Shown here one piece after another: positions 24,949 to 34,729 of a stretch of 64,000 nt of DNA. Numbering within the stretch: position 1 is the stretch's first letter; each line of letters starts with the position of its first letter. Below the pieces are notes generated by a model. The model saw nothing but the letters and a program-made list of their open reading frames with translations, did no database searches and was not told the DNA's origin. The DNA comes from Polyangiales bacterium (GTDB lineage Bacteria > Myxococcota_A > Polyangia > Polyangiales > Ga0077539), in contig JBGARZ010000011.1 of the NCBI GenBank assembly GCA_044229975.1, forward strand, positions 224,001 through 288,000, read 5' to 3'. Made by a program: the position numbers and the translations under genes.

Positions 24949-25189
24949 GCCGGGGTTCACGGTGCAGGCTTCGCGTCCGTCGCGCTCCGTTCACCCCGGG
25001 CAATGGTAGGGGGTCACCCCGCCGCTGCGCGACGGGGTTGCAACAGAGGCCGTGATCTTCACGGTGTCGATTGCAAGCGCGATGGATCCCAGAACTGCAA
25101 CCCCGTCGCGCAGCGGCGGGGTGACCCCCTACCATTGCCCGGGGTGAACGGAGCGCGACGGACGCGAAGCCTGCACCGTGAACCCCGGC
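24949..25189. repeat. Long inverted repeat (94-bp arms, 53-bp spacer) between convergent genes; MITE/REP-like or bidirectional terminator
   Basis: 24949-25042 is the reverse complement of 25096-25189. Confidence 0.9.
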
Positions 25190-25229
25190 GCGATTGGACA
25201 AACGAACTCGGGGCGAATCGGTATGACTC

Positions 25230-26651
25230 TCACCCCACCCGCGCGAAGCTCCCGTGAAAACCGAGCGGGAGCGGCGTGTCCACGCTCGCCGTCGCCACGC
25301 GCTCCAGGTCGCGCGCTCGCAGCACCGCGAGGTGCGACTGACCCTTTGACGGCGACGATCCCACCGCGAGCAGCACGCCGTCGTCTTCGTCCGTCGACCC
25401 CGGCCGCGCCACGAACACCGGCTCGCCGTACACCACATCCCCGTCCGCGTAGCGCGCGACCTCGCCCCGCTCGGGATCGACGCGCAGCAGCGTCGAGCGC
25501 ATGCCTTCGCCCGCGTCACCGAGCCGCGCGCCCCACACCGCGCCGTGTCGCGCGCCGCTCACCTTCCGGTAGCTCACGCTCGGAAACTCGAAGCCGTCTT
25601 CGAGCAGCACCTCGCGCTGCACCGTCCCTCGCGCGAGGTCGAGGCGCAGCCGAACGAGGGACGCTCGCAGGTCGACGCGCTCGGTGGTGAGTCGCTCGAC
25701 GCGCAGCGCCTCCACGATGCTCGCGTCGCGGTAGGCGAGCACGTCCATCACCACCCCGTCGCCATCATCGAAAGCATTGACCGTATGGAACACGAACATC
25801 CCATCGGTCTCCACCACACGATTGGGCCCGCCGGCGCGATCGATGACGATGAGCCGCGTCGGGCTCGCAGCGTCCCAGCGGAAGTGGTCGATGTATCCCT
25901 GGTTGGACCACAGCATCGACACCGGGCGCACGCGCAGCGGGTGGTCGATGAGCACCACCTTCGTCGCCGTCAGCGCGAACGAGTGCACGTACGGCATCTC
26001 CTTCCCCTTCCAGCGCCCGACCTCGACGCGGCGCCGCTCGTCGGGGGCGTGCTCGAACACCACCAGCTCGGCCTGCGCCCCGAGCTTCGACCCGACGTTG
26101 ACGGCCTTGCCTCGCGCGAAGTCGAAGTGGGGGTGGGCCAGCATCGCGAGCTCGTGGCCGAGCGCGTCGTCGTAGCGGACGGCGCCGCGCGTGGAGAGCG
26201 TCTCCGGGTCGATGGCGTACTGCGTGGCCGTCTCGGTCATCGCGACCCAGTCGGGTCCGAGCTTGAGCACGTTGACGTTGGTGTTGTCGCTGACCTGCGG
26301 GATGGGCTGCACGACGCGCTTCCACCACGGTCGACCGTTGGGCGTTCCGAAGGAGGACACCGGCATGCGACCGGCGAGCGCGTGGCGCGCGACGTCGCAC
26401 TCCAACAGCCGCTGCGCCCAGGTGACCTCGGTGGGTGACTTCACCGAGAAGCGGTAGAGCATCCCGACGGCGTCGAACCAGTGCGCCGCGGCCCAACCGC
26501 CATGGGCGAAGAGCGCGGGCGCGGTGCGGAGCAGGTCGCCGCGGAGCCAGTCGGGGATGGTTCCTTCGATGCGGGCGGCGCGGGGGGCGTAACCCTCCAT
26601 CACGGTGGTCGCGAACATGCTGCGAGCGGGGAGCGGGGCGTTGGTGCTCAT
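25230..26651 (-). CDS. Carotenoid oxygenase (RPE65) family protein
   Basis: EGTIPDWLRG, HWFD, AHPH, YVHSF, FHTVNAF, EFP, EPVFV, EDDG, GFHG. Confidence 0.92.
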   Translation of the reverse strand: MSTNAPLPARSMFATTVMEGYAPRAARIEGTIPDWLRGDLLRTAPALFAHGGWAAAHWFDAVGMLYRFSVKSPTEVTWAQRLLECDVARHALAGRMPVSSFGTPNGRPWWKRVVQPIPQVSDNTNVNVLKLGPDWVAMTETATQYAIDPETLSTRGAVRYDDALGHELAMLAHPHFDFARGKAVNVGSKLGAQAELVVFEHAPDERRRVEVGRWKGKEMPYVHSFALTATKVVLIDHPLRVRPVSMLWSNQGYIDHFRWDAASPTRLIVIDRAGGPNRVVETDGMFVFHTVNAFDDGDGVVMDVLAYRDASIVEALRVERLTTERVDLRASLVRLRLDLARGTVQREVLLEDGFEFPSVSYRKVSGARHGAVWGARLGDAGEGMRSTLLRVDPERGEVARYADGDVVYGEPVFVARPGSTDEDDGVLLAVGSSPSKGQSHLAVLRARDLERVATASVDTPLPLGFHGSFARVG

Positions 26652-26771
26652 CGGTTGATCTCCTTGGATGAGAGCCATCATGGCGGGCGGAAGGGCGCAC
26701 GTCGTGACCGGAAGCGCCGAGGCGTTGGCAGTTCACGCCACGGGCGGTGAGGCACTATCGTCGGAGCCGTG

Positions 26772-27770
26772 ATGGAGGAGGTACCCGCGCAGACCATCGA
26801 GGCGTTGTTCGCGGGCATGGCCGCGCTCGGCGTCGACGTGGCCGCCGTGCGCGCGGAGGCGGGTCTGCCGGCGGGCGAGGCGACGGCGGGTGATCGCTGG
26901 CCCGAAGAGACGCTGCGCATCGCGTGGGACCACGCGCTCGCGAAGCACCCGCGCCCGACGCTGCCGGCGGAGGTGGGGCGGGTGGTTCCGTTCGGGGCGT
27001 TTGGGGTGGTGGACTACCTGGCGGCGAGCGCGGACACGCTCGAAGGGTCGCTGCGCGGGCTCACCGCGCACTTCCGCGGCATCATCGCCGACCCGTCGCT
27101 GGTGCTCGTCGACGAGGACGACGGCGCGCGCCTGGAGGTCCACGTCGGGCCGGGCGAGCGCCGCTGGATCAGCGAGGAGTTCACGCTCGCGGTCTCCCTG
27201 AAGAACTTCCGCCACACCCTCGGCGATGGCGCGCTGCCCGACGCCGTGGTCGCCGTGACGAGAGCGGATCCGTCGCCGGGTGCGTTGGCGGAAGCGTTCG
27301 GTGCGAGGGTGGTGTTTGGCGCGCCGGTGGGGTCGCTGTGGTTTCCGCGGGCGTCGTTGGGGCTCCCGATGCGCACGGCCGACCCGCAGCTCCGGCGCAC
27401 GCTCGGGGGCATCGCCGCGTCGATGGGGCTCGGGGATGCGCGCGATCCGTTCGAGCTCGCGGTGCGGGCGCGGCTGCGTGATCTGCTGCCGCATGGGGAT
27501 GCAGATGCGGTGGTGATGGCGCGCGTGCTGGGGACGAGCGAGCGGACGCTGCACCGGCGGCTGCAAGAGCGCGGGACGACGTGGCGCGCGGTGCTCGATG
27601 GGTTTCGCGCGGACGAGTCGCGGCGGTATCTGCGCGAGGGCAGGCGGTCGCTGGCGGAGATCGCGCTGGCGGTGGGGTTCTCCGATCAGAGCGCGTGGAC
27701 GCGGGCGTTCAGGCGATGGACGGGGCAGAGCCCGACGGCGTGGACGCGGGGCGGGCGTCAGGCGGGGTGA
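26772..27770 (+). CDS. AraC family transcriptional regulator
   Basis: SERTLHRRL...SLAEIALAVGFSDQSAWTRAFRRWTGQSP; divergent from the oxygenase. Confidence 0.92.
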   Translation: MEEVPAQTIEALFAGMAALGVDVAAVRAEAGLPAGEATAGDRWPEETLRIAWDHALAKHPRPTLPAEVGRVVPFGAFGVVDYLAASADTLEGSLRGLTAHFRGIIADPSLVLVDEDDGARLEVHVGPGERRWISEEFTLAVSLKNFRHTLGDGALPDAVVAVTRADPSPGALAEAFGARVVFGAPVGSLWFPRASLGLPMRTADPQLRRTLGGIAASMGLGDARDPFELAVRARLRDLLPHGDADAVVMARVLGTSERTLHRRLQERGTTWRAVLDGFRADESRRYLREGRRSLAEIALAVGFSDQSAWTRAFRRWTGQSPTAWTRGGRQAG

Positions 27771-27941
27771 TACTGGTTGGGAGTCGGTATTGCCGCTTTG
27801 CTGCGCCATCCGTTGGCGAGACAAGCAAAGCGATAACACTGATGACCATTGAACATGACACGGCGCGCTGTGCCTCGTTGAGCGTGGGGCAGACCCGAGC
27901 AGGAGGTCCAAGCCCCAGATCGCCCGTGGGCACCACCCGGA

Positions 27942-28364
27942 TCAGACCACCCTCGCAAACAGGCTTCGCACCTGCTCGCGCACCGTCTGGCCTCGACCGG
28001 TGATTGGCGTTGGCGCCGTCGGCCGAGGGATAGAGAGCTGATCGTATTCCCGCAAGATACGTCGAAGCTCGTCTCGCCCGAACGACGTCAACGCGTCTCC
28101 TTCGGCGAGCATCCGCCGCCCGAATTCGATTGCCCGACCGAAGTCGCCTGACTGGGAGAAGCTCGCGACCGCAGCAATGGCGAGGTCACTACGCGTATTG
28201 GGGTGATCGGCGGGAACACCCAATGCAATGCTGGCCAGAGACTCTGCCGATTGGTGGTAGAGAGCGCGAGCTTCGGCCGGGTTCCCTCGTCGTTCTGCAC
28301 GTTCTGCCAGGAAGACGTCCGCCTCGGCTTGGGCCACCAACGGACCTCGCATCCACTTGCTCAT
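27942..28364 (-). CDS. Hypothetical helical protein in a lower-GC patch
   Basis: MSKWMRGPLVAQAEAD... 140 aa; atypical codon usage. Confidence 0.55.
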   Translation of the reverse strand: MSKWMRGPLVAQAEADVFLAERAERRGNPAEARALYHQSAESLASIALGVPADHPNTRSDLAIAAVASFSQSGDFGRAIEFGRRMLAEGDALTSFGRDELRRILREYDQLSIPRPTAPTPITGRGQTVREQVRSLFARVV

Positions 28365-28656
28365 CGCGACCACCTTGCGACATGAATCGAGATCATGTCC
28401 GAGCAGAAGTCCGTGACCACCGTCGGACCAGTTGACTGCAAGCCAAACGGAGTCGTCGCAGTACCACGCTCGCCGACAACGCAGTCGACATGCCTCGGAA
28501 CCTACCAGATCACCGGTCGCCTCGGTCGAACGTCGTCTCCAGGCGCCGTGCGTCTGGCGCGCGGCGATGTGAGCGACCCGATCCGAAGTCGCGACACCCA
28601 CTCAAGGTGCGACGGACCGTCCGTTGCAGTGTCTGCCCATCGATTGGAGACACACC

Positions 28657-29352
28657 ATGCACCCCTGTTCCATCTCGCGGCTCGCCCCTGGCGCGCTGCT
28701 TCTGCTCGCGGCCTGCAATGGCAACCAATGGCTCCCCAACGGCGGCGTGGCGTCCGATACCGCGACCCCGACGACGCGCCCCACCACCGCGACTGGCTCG
28801 TCCAGCCTCGCGAGCGCCATCGCCGTGTCGCTCTCCCCCACCGGTGCCGACGCATCGCCTGCAGCGGTTGCCGCGCCCACGTATGTTCCGCCGTCGACCG
28901 AGGTGGCCGATGCCGCCGCACCGTCGAGCGTCGCTGCCGCGGACGGCGGGGCCGCGCCTGCGACAGTCGTGGTCGCGCCGGTGTTCGTCCCGGTGTTCGT
29001 CCCGGCCGCGGTGGGTGCGGGCGCCGTGGCGTCGCCGAGTGCCGTCGTGCCTAGCACGTTCGCCACACCTGTCCCCACGCAGGGATCGACCGCAGCGCCT
29101 CAGCCGACGGGCTCGCTGCTGCCCACCGTGGCGCAGCCGCCCACCATCGCGGGAGGCAACCTCCCCGTGCCCACGGCCGCGCCGGTGATGGGCGTTCCGG
29201 TTCCCGCGGGAGGCGCGCTCACTCCTGCGCCACAGCCCGTGACAAACCCGCCCAGCATCGCGGGCGGGCCCAGCTTCGCGCCGACCCCTGCCCCAGCCAC
29301 CATCCCGAGCATCGCGGGTGGACCGCTACCCACGGGCGCGTTGCGTCGGTAG
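28657..29352 (+). CDS. Pro/Ala/Thr-rich lipoprotein
   Basis: RBS ggag; lipobox LLAAC; repeated P(S/T)IAGG motif. Confidence 0.6.
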   Translation: MHPCSISRLAPGALLLLAACNGNQWLPNGGVASDTATPTTRPTTATGSSSLASAIAVSLSPTGADASPAAVAAPTYVPPSTEVADAAAPSSVAAADGGAAPATVVVAPVFVPVFVPAAVGAGAVASPSAVVPSTFATPVPTQGSTAAPQPTGSLLPTVAQPPTIAGGNLPVPTAAPVMGVPVPAGGALTPAPQPVTNPPSIAGGPSFAPTPAPATIPSIAGGPLPTGALRR

Positions 29353-29363
29353 CGCGACGACGT

Positions 29364-30197
29364 CTACGAAGCGGAGCGTTCGAGCGCGTCGGAGGAACCC
29401 GGCAGCAGGCGCTCGACAGCATCGCGCGCACCGTCGCTACACGGCAGCGCGGCAGCCCGACGGACCGACCCGCGGTAGACGCCGCCGAGGCGTCGCACGG
29501 CCATCGTGTGGAGGCCGACGGCGAGCAGCGCCCACTCGCCCGTCAGGACGTAGTCGAGCGCCGCGCGAGAACGATCGAGCCGCTCGATGACGGCATCGGG
29601 ACGGCCGCGTCGGAGATCGACGAAGGCACGCGCGAGAGCAAAGTGGGCGCGGGCATCGACGGTGTCTTCGGTGGCCGTGAGGAGCGCCTCCGCTTCGTCT
29701 GTTCGGTCGAGGCGGGCCAGCGCGATCGCGTGTCGCGCGCGGATCAGCACCTTCACCGGCGCGCCGTCGGCCCACCCGCGACCGGCGGCCCCGTCGGCGG
29801 CGCGGAAGAGAGCCTCGGCCGCGCCGAAGTCACCCGCGAGAAGAGCGAGGTCGCCGAGGTTGTGTAGCGCCGACGCGGCGAGGGTGCGCGAGCACACCGG
29901 ACCGAGCAGGGCGCAGAGGGTGCGGCGGGCGCCGTCACGATCCCCGGCGCCGAGCGCGGCGATGGCGGGGTTGTACCGCCGGACGATGAGCGCGCTCCAG
30001 ATCCACCACAGCCCGAAGATCACCATCGGCGCGAACACCCCGGCGATCGAGGGCTCGCGCGGGCTCGCGAACGCCACCGCCACGAGAGCCGCCACGACAC
30101 ACGCCGCCAGCACCCCGCGTCCGTCGTCGAAGACCACCATCCACGGGCGCGAGACCCATGTCCGCGCGGCCTCGGGAATCGACACGATGCGGATCAC
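29364..30197 (-). CDS. Membrane-anchored TPR-like protein
   Basis: Two TM segments then ALHNLG helical repeats; GTG overlaps the upstream stop. Confidence 0.6.
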   Translation of the reverse strand: MIRIVSIPEAARTWVSRPWMVVFDDGRGVLAACVVAALVAVAFASPREPSIAGVFAPMVIFGLWWIWSALIVRRYNPAIAALGAGDRDGARRTLCALLGPVCSRTLAASALHNLGDLALLAGDFGAAEALFRAADGAAGRGWADGAPVKVLIRARHAIALARLDRTDEAEALLTATEDTVDARAHFALARAFVDLRRGRPDAVIERLDRSRAALDYVLTGEWALLAVGLHTMAVRRLGGVYRGSVRRAAALPCSDGARDAVERLLPGSSDALERSAS

Positions 30198-31099
30198 GCG
30201 GCACCTCCTTCCGCGGCAACCGCGAAGACGAGGCCGGGGACACGAGCAGCGATCCAGCGACGGAGCTCGGGGTCTTCGGGGAGAGCGTCGTCGGGCACGT
30301 GACCGCGGCGCGCGAGGTGCTCCACGGCGCGCAGCAGCCAGCGCTCGCGGAGCCGGGTCATCCGTTCGATGGAGGGCGCGTGCTCGTCGAGCAGGCGCAG
30401 CACCGTGGCGTGGTCGCGGCGGAGCGACGCGAGGCGGATGGAGAGGGTGATCGCATGAACGCGTTCGGCGGGCATCCAGTCGGGCGGCGACGGCGCGATG
30501 GCAGCCTCGGCCTCGTCGAGGCGACCGAGCGCGAGCAGCGACTCCGCCCGCTCCAGGCGGAGCTGCACATGAAACAGGTCGCCCTCGGCGGCCGACCCGG
30601 CGAGCGGCGGGCCGAGGGTGTTCTGGGCTTCGTCGAAGACGCCCAGGGCCTCGGTGTGGTCGCCACGCTCGGAGGCCACGCGGCCCAGGCACATGAGCAG
30701 CCCGGCGTGCACGCCGACCTCGGGGCGCCGCCCGAGGGCTTCGCGGAGCACGATGGTCGCGCGGTCGGTCGCGCCTTCGGACAAGGCGAGATCGACCTCC
30801 CGCAGCGGCGCCAGCGCCCGCCGTTGGCGACGGTTCGACCACGCGAGGGAGCCCGCGACGAGGCCGAAGAGGACGAGGTCGATGCCGAGGATCAACGCGC
30901 GACCATCGACGGGAGAGTCCGTCGACGGCGCCTCGTCGCGGGCCTCGTCGTCGTAGCGGGGCGCGGGCGCGTTGTGGACGATGCGCCACACCATCACGAA
31001 CATCACCGCCAGGAAGAGCCAGAGCAGCAGGGTCCGCCACGATTGCGAGCGCGGCGCCGACACGCGGGGGATCCCGTCCAGGTACTTCTCAGCACTCAT
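30194..31099 (-). CDS. Membrane-anchored TPR-like protein
   Basis: Two TM segments; LLALGRLDEAEA TPR-like motif. Confidence 0.68.
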   Translation of the reverse strand: MSAEKYLDGIPRVSAPRSQSWRTLLLWLFLAVMFVMVWRIVHNAPAPRYDDEARDEAPSTDSPVDGRALILGIDLVLFGLVAGSLAWSNRRQRRALAPLREVDLALSEGATDRATIVLREALGRRPEVGVHAGLLMCLGRVASERGDHTEALGVFDEAQNTLGPPLAGSAAEGDLFHVQLRLERAESLLALGRLDEAEAAIAPSPPDWMPAERVHAITLSIRLASLRRDHATVLRLLDEHAPSIERMTRLRERWLLRAVEHLARRGHVPDDALPEDPELRRWIAARVPGLVFAVAAEGGAA

Positions 31100-31118
31100 G
31101 CGCCGCGACTCTATCGCG

Positions 31119-32102
31119 TCAGCGCGCGTTGGGGCCGACGGTGAGCGCGCGCGTCAGTCGGTCGATCCACGCCTCGACCGGCTCCAGTGGTTGGCCGCGG
31201 CGGCCCATCTCCAGCACGAAGTTGTCCCAGTCGATGGTGCCTTCGACGCGCGCCAGGTCGAGCCGTGCGACCACCTGCTTGAGGTTCGCGACGCCCGGGT
31301 CGACCCGCGACATGACCTCATCGAGCAGCGCCGCCGGGAGCGCGGTCGACTCGGCGAGGAGCACGGCGTCGTAGAGGTCCTTGCCTTGCGGGTACACGTC
31401 GGAGAGCAGCCAGAGGAGCTTCCACGCGAGCGACAGCGCCGGCGTCGCGCACAGAACCGTGACGGGCCGTGAGCCGGGCGGCTCGGTCGCGAGCGACACC
31501 CGCACGGGCGCCTCGGGCATCGGCTCTTCGAAGACGAAGTCCATCTGGACCTCGCCGTCGGGAACACCCTGCGCCGTCCACGGCATCACGAGGCGGTAGC
31601 CAGGGACGCGGTCGTAGGTCCAGAGCTTCGTGTAGAGCACGGCGCCCACGAACTCGATGCCCTCCCGCACCGCGCGCCCCTGACCGGAGAAGCGCTTCGT
31701 GAGGTCGCGGCGCAGGTCGGCCGCTTCGGTTCCGTCGAAGCGCCACCCTGCGGGCGCGACCCAGTCGAGGTCGCCCGGCTCGCGCGCGGCGTCGCCGTAC
31801 CACGCACGCATCACGCGGCTGCCGCGCAGCGCGAGAGACGAGCCCAGCGGGTGGGCGGTCACGGTCGTGAGCGCGTAGTCCATCGCGATGCGCCGCGCCG
31901 CGCGCCACGCGGCCTCGGCGTGGGGGTCGTCGAAGTCGGGGTCGCCGCGACGAAAGCCCGCAGCGTAGTGCCGCAGCGCGGGGTCGAAGATCTCGGCGCG
32001 CTTCGTCCCGTCGGGCGACGGCGGGTCGATGAAGGTGGGCGGGTACGAGGAGTTCCACGACGGCGAGCCCACCTTGCGACGGAGATCGTCCCATCAGCTC
32101 AT
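31119..32102 (-). CDS. AbiEii/AbiGii-like nucleotidyltransferase; in-frame TGA at codon 3 of the coupled start, alternative GTG at 32072
   Basis: LALRGS...AREPGDLDW nucleotidyltransferase motif, QMDFVF, LAWKL, QGKDLYD. Confidence 0.75.
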
Positions 32103-32707
32103 CGCCACCCCTCGTCCAGCGCCTCGTGGTCGTCCCACAGCACCGCCTCGTCGTGAACCTTCACCACCGTCACGTCACGGTGCCCGGCGAGCGCCCGGCC
32201 GAGGTCGTCCATCCAGGCGCGGTGCCGCGCTCCGGTCTCGTCGAAGGACCCACGATCGCGCCGCGTGAAGAACCGCTCGACGGCCCCGCCATCCGCCTCG
32301 CGCCGCACGCGGCGGGAGAGCCGGGCCCCGTGCCGATGGACCACCGCGCGCACGTCGTCGCCCGGCGCGTCGAACCAACCGCGCGGTCCGCGCAGCAACG
32401 CGTGCGACTCGCGGTAGAGGGCGCGCGAGTCGGCGCGCGACGGGCTCTCCACCTTCACGCGCAGGACGCGCACACCGTGCTCGGCAGCGAGCGCAACGAC
32501 TCGCGCGCGGAGCTCGGCGAGCTGGTGCTCGTCGTGGTCGACGGCGAAGGTCACCATCGATTGGAGGAGCGATGAGCGCGCGTCGCCGGTGGGGAGTTCG
32601 ATGGTGACGATCCTCGCCCGGAGCGCGTCGCGGAAGCGCTCGGTGGCGGCGGCGTCGTCGCGCTGGTCGATGGTCGCGTGCACCTCCAGCGGACGTCGGT
32701 GGGCCAT
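32099..32707 (-). CDS. Hypothetical protein, partner of the AbiEii-like gene
   Basis: EVHATI...RVKVE...YRESH...ERFFT...EAVLWD..LDEGW; ATGA overlap with the downstream gene. Confidence 0.72.
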   Translation of the reverse strand: MAHRRPLEVHATIDQRDDAAATERFRDALRARIVTIELPTGDARSSLLQSMVTFAVDHDEHQLAELRARVVALAAEHGVRVLRVKVESPSRADSRALYRESHALLRGPRGWFDAPGDDVRAVVHRHGARLSRRVRREADGGAVERFFTRRDRGSFDETGARHRAWMDDLGRALAGHRDVTVVKVHDEAVLWDDHEALDEGWR

Positions 32708-32907
32708 GCCGATCGCAGGCTCGCGCGGGGCGCAGCAGCGGTCAAACGGGCGGAGGGGGCACCCGGGGGGCGGTGCCGCGGGCGCTCGGCGGCTTGAGCA
32801 GGTGCGTGTGGGCGGGGCAGCGCGGGGCAGGACGGGGACGGGGCGCGGTGGAGTGGAGGAGTGGAGAGGAAAGGAGAGTAGGAGAGGCTGGCGAAGAGCG
32901 CCGAAAT

Positions 32908-33033
32908 GGGGTTATGGAATTGGGCAGCGAGCGGGCGAACAACGCGAACGGGGATATGGAACTGGGCAGCAAGCGGGCGAGCAGCGCCAGGGCGGGATTC
33001 GGTAATGGGGCGCGGGTGAATGAGATGTTGGGC
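32908..33033 (+). promoter_or_regulatory. Putative attI-like site: two 42-bp imperfect direct repeats followed by a GTTGGGC core
   Basis: Repeats at 32908-32949 and 32950-32991; GTTGGGC at 33027-33033 followed by the same leader as cassettes at 35354 and 35955, with no attC left arm upstream. Confidence 0.55.
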
Positions 33034-33134
33034 AGCTTCGGCGAGCGGCAGACCACGAGCTGCCAAGGCCAACCGCGCGAAGACTTGCATGGCTTGTTTC
33101 GGCGGCAGACCGCCCCACCGATAAGCGTTAATCG

Positions 33135-33638
33135 ATGAGAGTCGTCAGTCCTCTAATCTTCAGTCTTTGGCAACGAAGCGTAGGTCTTGCGCTGTGGATA
33201 TTATTGCTTGGGCTCACGGTTGGGATCGGCGCATTGCTGAAATGTTTTATAGACATTAGCTGGCTGGAGCTTGCCATGACAGGTGTCGCAGGTGGGCTTG
33301 GCTCCCTCGGCTACGTAGCGTGGGCCGCGAGTAACGATTGGAATGGCCTCGTTTGGAAGCCACGAAGAGCATGGCAGGTGTCATTCGATGGACTCAGTCT
33401 GAGTGTCCAATCGAGCTACCTGAAGACAAATATTCCCCTGAGGTGCATCCACTCCGCATGTGTCGTCTCGGATGGATCGTGGGAGACTCTGAGGGGAATA
33501 GAAGATGTGTGCTTGGTCCTGAAAGTTAAGGGTTCCTTGCAAATTAGCATCCCTGGCTCTTCCGACGGTTTTGATGGAACGCGGAGCGCACTTGGGGCCT
33601 TGATCGATGTGAGTTTCAGGGAACTGGGAACAGATTGA
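33135..33638 (+). CDS. Cassette 1: hypothetical membrane protein (2 TM + PH-like beta region)
   Basis: 167-aa ORF, AT-richer codons, ends 15 bp before attC. Confidence 0.75.
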   Translation: MRVVSPLIFSLWQRSVGLALWILLLGLTVGIGALLKCFIDISWLELAMTGVAGGLGSLGYVAWAASNDWNGLVWKPRRAWQVSFDGLSLSVQSSYLKTNIPLRCIHSACVVSDGSWETLRGIEDVCLVLKVKGSLQISIPGSSDGFDGTRSALGALIDVSFRELGTD

Positions 33639-33652
33639 TGTGCAGTGGTGCA

Positions 33653-33743
33653 GCCCAACAAGCCGATGGTGCCGACCGCCCCCGTTTCACCCGCCGCCAA
33701 CCCGTCGCGCCCGATGCGGCGGCACATCGGCCAGCCGTTGGGC
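33653..33743 (+). repeat. attC site 1 (91 bp)
   Basis: GCCCAAC aagcc gatggtgccgaccgc ... gcggcggcacatc ggccagcc GTTGGGC. Confidence 0.9.
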
Positions 33744-33836
33744 GGCCTCCACGCGGCAGTGCGTGGGTCACGGGCAGCGAGCGACGGGGCACGAACGGCG
33801 GTAAAGAAGATCGACGAGACCTCGGAGTGAAGTCGC

Positions 33837-34145
33837 GTGCGACGTGAGAACGGATCCCTGCGATGGTTGCGGCATCTCCCCGCTCTAGCGCTTGCGTGCC
33901 TGGCCGTTGCGAGCGTTGTATTGCTTCAACTATGGCCGAACATCCCGCGAACGAGGGGACAATGGGTCTTGCTTTGCGTGCTCGGTCCTCCACTCTACGT
34001 CTTGGCGGAGGCTCTCGCGGAGAGAATTTTCTCGGGAAAGGGCGGCAAGATTTCGCCAGAGGGGTTCCCTCTCAATCCCATCGCCGCAAGTGTAGCGGCG
34101 GCTCTGGCGATTTTCGCGGGCATATCATGGCTACTCGCCCAGTAG
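33837..34145 (+). CDS. Cassette 2: small 3-TM membrane protein
   Basis: 102-aa hydrophobic ORF ending just before attC. Confidence 0.7.
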   Translation: MRRENGSLRWLRHLPALALACLAVASVVLLQLWPNIPRTRGQWVLLCVLGPPLYVLAEALAERIFSGKGGKISPEGFPLNPIAASVAAALAIFAGISWLLAQ

Positions 34146-34149
34146 TAGC

Positions 34150-34240
34150 GCCCAACAAGCCAATGGTGCCGACCGCCTCTACTTCACCCGTCCCCACCCC
34201 GCCGTGCCCGCTGCGGCGGCACGTCGGCCAGCCGTTGGGC
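34150..34240 (+). repeat. attC site 2 (91 bp)
   Basis: GCCCAAC...GTTGGGC, same family as site 1. Confidence 0.9.
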
Positions 34241-34295
34241 AGACAGAGATGGCTCCGTGCCTACGCTCCGGACGCACCGCATCGAGGGGTAGAAG

Positions 34296-34724
34296 ATGAC
34301 TCTCGATGACCTCGCCCAAGACCTCCCCAACGGGTTCCATGATGCGGAGGTCTGCAAGCTCACGTTCGACATTGCCCACCGCGTGGCGACGATAGAACTG
34401 GACGTCTGGATTGGCAGTATGGAAGCGCCCCCGGAGTTTGGCCGAGAAACGTATCGTCCGGCGGAACTGAACCTCCACGGTGTCGCTTATCTGGTGATTG
34501 AGGCACCAGACCCGACCTATCGGTATGCGAAGACGGGGCCAGTCTGCGTAGACCTCTGCGAGCCCGCCGACTCGGGGCAACTGCCTCCGGCTCAAGCCGG
34601 TGAGTTCGCCGCGCGCTTCTTCGTGAGCGACTGGAACTCCTTCATCAGCGTTTCCGCGAGAGACGCCGCACTTCGTTGGACCGGTGAGCCCTACGAGGCG
34701 GGGTGGAGAGGAGTCGACGAGTGA
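34296..34724 (+). CDS. Cassette 3: hypothetical acidic protein (LPNGFHDA motif)
   Basis: RBS gagggg; 142 aa; ends before an attC-like site. Confidence 0.8.
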   Translation: MTLDDLAQDLPNGFHDAEVCKLTFDIAHRVATIELDVWIGSMEAPPEFGRETYRPAELNLHGVAYLVIEAPDPTYRYAKTGPVCVDLCEPADSGQLPPAQAGEFAARFFVSDWNSFISVSARDAALRWTGEPYEAGWRGVDE

Positions 34725-34729
34725 GTGCC

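Noticed and set aside
32710..32900. Integron integrase remnant (RRLEQVR resembles the IntI N-terminus)
   Set aside because: Only a few residues, on the same strand as the array, with no following HYS or RHR-Y motifs; likely chance
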